Below the pieces are notes generated by a model. It saw only the letters and a list, made by a program, of their open reading frames with translations, was not told where the DNA came from and ran no database searches. 64,000 nucleotides of DNA. It comes from an uncultured Gemmatimonadales bacterium. Its GTDB lineage: Bacteria; Gemmatimonadota; Gemmatimonadetes; Longimicrobiales; RSA9. Location: assembly GCA_963816355.1 (NCBI GenBank), contig CAWFKH010000004.1:64001-128000 (forward strand), in the 5' to 3' direction. Each line of letters begins with the position of its first letter. The stretch's first letter is position 1. A program made the translations under genes and the position numbers. Positions 61,705-64,000 of the stretch are shown here, one piece after another.

Positions 61705-63463
61705 CCTGCCGTATTCACGAGTGAGGTAGCGGAGGGATAGTGTGGCCGGGAAGCCACATGGCGCATCCTTCGAAGTGGCAGTAAGATGCGGTTGCGAGAC
61801 AGCATCGTTACCTGCTCCGACGAAGAACACGCCATGGGTGAAGAACAAGGTACGCTTTTCCGGCTGGATTTCAACCGTTCGGTGCGGGTGGAGGCGCGGC
61901 CGGAGCGGCTGACCTCGGACGCGGGCGCGGTGCTGCTGCGCTCGCTGCTGGGGCGGCTGGGCTTCCCCGCACTCGTGCGGCGGCACCTGCAGGATCTGCG
62001 GAACGCGGGGCGCGTCAGGCACGACTTCCTCGAGCTGGTGCTCACGCAGGTGCTCCTCTTGGCGCAGGGCTGGACGGACCAGCGGGATGCGGACCTGCTA
62101 CGCGCCGATCCGGCGCTGCGCCTGGCGGTGTCGCGGCGGCGGGGGACGGCGCCGGTGCGGGGCGGGGCTGCGGGGGCGGCCTCGGGGCTGGCCTCGCAGC
62201 CGACCTTCTCGCGGCTGCTCGCAATGCTGGCCGGCCTGCGCAACCGGCGGGGGCTGTCCGCGCTGCTGCGGGCGGGGGCAGAGCGGCGGCGGGGCCGCCA
62301 CGCTCCGCGCCTGGCAGAAGTCACGCTGGATCTGGACTCCCTGCCGGTGGAGGTGCACGGGCTACAGCCGGGGAGCGCCTGGAACGGGCACTACGGTTAT
62401 CGCTGCTACCATCCGTTGGTGCTGCGTTGGGAACTGGGGGACTTTCTGGCGGCCGAGCTGCGGGAGGGGAACGCGCACACGGCGCACGGGGCGCTGGCGT
62501 TCGTGATCCCGGCCGTGCTCTGGGCCAGGACGCAGGCGGAGCGGGTATGGCTGCGCATGGACGCGGGGTTCCCGGAGAATGAGCTGCTCGCGACGCTGGA
62601 AGATGAGGGCGTGCGCTACGTGGCGCGCCTGCGCGGCAACGCCCGCCTGGGGAAGCTCGCGGCGCCGTACCTGAGGCGGCCGCCTGGACACCCGCCGGCC
62701 GAGGGTCGGGTCTGGACGCACGAGCTGGTCTACAGCGCGGCGCGCTGGGACCGCTCGCGCCGGGTGGTGCTGGTGGTGCTGGAGCGCTCCGACGAGCAGG
62801 GGGAGCTCTTCCTCGATCATTTCTTCCTGCTCACCAACGCGAGTGCCCAGGAGGTGGATGGCCCGGCGCTGCTGGAGCGCTACCGGGCGCGGGGCGAAGC
62901 CGAGCGCGACTTCGGCGACTGGAAGAGCACGCTGGCGCTGGCGCTCTCGTCCGCGCCGCGGCCCAAGCAGCACTACCGCGGGCGGACCATCGCCACCCCC
63001 GAGCCGCAGACCGACAGCTTCGGCGCCAACGAGGCGCGCCTGCTGCTGAGCCTCGTCGCGGCCAATCTGCTGCGCGCCGGCGCCGAGCTCGCCTCTGCGG
63101 ACGAACGCCATGTCATGACCCGGCAGCGCTTCCGCCAGCTGGTGCTCAAGGCGGCCGGCCGCGTGCTCCTTCATGGCCGGCGCATCACGCTCGTCATCGA
63201 AGCCGCCCGCGCGCACGTGTGGCAGCGATTCTGGCGAGAGCTGAACCGACGTCACCCGGCACGCGGCTCCCCCGCCACCCTGGCCCTGCCCACGCCGGCG
63301 TAGCACCCTTGGGCGGGGAGCTGAGGAGCAACGAGCCGTCGGCGGCGCGCCCGGGGGAAAGGGGGCCTGTCCCCGAAATCAGCCTCGCCGCCACGTCCGC
63401 GGCGCTCCAAACTCGAAATCACGCCCTCAGACCCCTCAAGCTACGCGTGGTGAATATGGCAGG
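61705..63463 (+). mobile_element. IS1380-family insertion sequence
   Basis: IRs CCTGCCGTATTCAC / GTGAATATGGCAGG; 5-bp TSD CTGAA at 61700-61704 and 63464-63468. Confidence 0.9.
61834..63303 (+). CDS. IS1380-family transposase
   Basis: LTSDAG, LASQPTFSR, LDLDS, NGHYGYRCYHPL, RMDAGF, YRARGEAE. Confidence 0.93.
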   Translation: MGEEQGTLFRLDFNRSVRVEARPERLTSDAGAVLLRSLLGRLGFPALVRRHLQDLRNAGRVRHDFLELVLTQVLLLAQGWTDQRDADLLRADPALRLAVSRRRGTAPVRGGAAGAASGLASQPTFSRLLAMLAGLRNRRGLSALLRAGAERRRGRHAPRLAEVTLDLDSLPVEVHGLQPGSAWNGHYGYRCYHPLVLRWELGDFLAAELREGNAHTAHGALAFVIPAVLWARTQAERVWLRMDAGFPENELLATLEDEGVRYVARLRGNARLGKLAAPYLRRPPGHPPAEGRVWTHELVYSAARWDRSRRVVLVVLERSDEQGELFLDHFFLLTNASAQEVDGPALLERYRARGEAERDFGDWKSTLALALSSAPRPKQHYRGRTIATPEPQTDSFGANEARLLLSLVAANLLRAGAELASADERHVMTRQRFRQLVLKAAGRVLLHGRRITLVIEAARAHVWQRFWRELNRRHPARGSPATLALPTPA

Positions 63464-63578
63464 CTGAAGTCTCACTTCCTCGCTCGGAGCTGCACCCTGA
63501 GAGCGGGGTACTCCGGAGGGAGCGAAGCGACCGAAGGCGCCAACCGTTTGTTAGCCGCCGTACGGGCACCCAAGCCTT

Positions 63579-64000
63579 CTAATCCGTCTGCTTTGCCTCC
63601 TTCAGCGCGTCGAGGATCGGCTGGAGCGTATCTACCTTCTCAAGAACGATGTTCGCTGCGCCTGCGGGAGTTTGCAGCGTGTATCCATGCCCGGGACCCC
63701 GAATCAAACCAAACGTCAAATTCCTGAGCTTCTCGAACCGGAGCTCGCTACGGAGTTCGTATGTCGCGAGGAGCAGCCGGAGAGGCACCACCACAAATCT
63801 ATTCTCCATGTTGTCTATGACGATTCCGTAGCTGATAGGGAGCTCTTGCTCCTCGTCTTCGGTGATCAGTCGCACGTACTCGCGCAGAATTGGGCCGAAT
63901 CCTTCGACCCAAAGGTGATCTTCGGCTTTGTACTTCGCCGGATCTCGCGCAAGATCACGAAATCCAAACAGCACGACCGGCCGCCGTGCATACTTGAACC
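63579..64000 (-). CDS. Hypothetical protein, 3' part only (cassette gene)
   Basis: Frame open to the window edge; lower GC; followed by an attC R'' box. Confidence 0.7.
   Translation of the reverse strand, partial: FKYARRPVVLFGFRDLARDPAKYKAEDHLWVEGFGPILREYVRLITEDEEQELPISYGIVIDNMENRFVVVPLRLLLATYELRSELRFEKLRNLTFGLIRGPGHGYTLQTPAGAANIVLEKVDTLQPILDALKEAKQTD

Larger units (their letters stand above)
60189..63556 (-). other. attC site split by IS1111-type and IS1380 insertions
   Basis: Reconstructed minus strand GGCTAAC-aaac-GGTTGGCG...CGCCAACC-tggaaac-GTT^ATGT, about 150 bp, starting just after the stop of the 63579 gene. Confidence 0.75.

Overview
Very GC-rich bacterial chromosome segment; gene content and order suggest Gemmatimonadota (inference). 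Positions 1-53k are mostly core genes: rnd, two zinc peptidases, nrdJ with tandem NrdR boxes, a MarR/membrane protein pair, a peptidoglycan-recycling operon (murQ-anmK-nagZ-membrane GT-Na+/solute symporter-amidase-Omp85/TolB-like protein), an M20 peptidase, ggt, an ABC exporter, ccdA, a dedA-coaE-PHP-nrnA-fur-speB-speA run, a SusC/SusD pair and an ADOP permease. Their intergenic spaces are rich in G-tract and tandem repeats. Positions ~53-64k are accessory and look like a decaying minus-strand integron cassette array with attC-like sites and no integrase in the window. This region carries a lower-GC TerB-like/2xSAP/PD-(D/E)xK nuclease gene, several deleted gene relics, an IS256, and one attC hit by two IS elements: an IS1111-type IS110 inserted exactly in the R' box, with readable bridge/seekRNA guides, and an IS1380 with a 5-bp TSD. 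An unexplained ~280-bp structured non-coding element occurs twice in inverted orientation (35.4k and 55.4k). All calls come from reading the sequence; no database searches were run.
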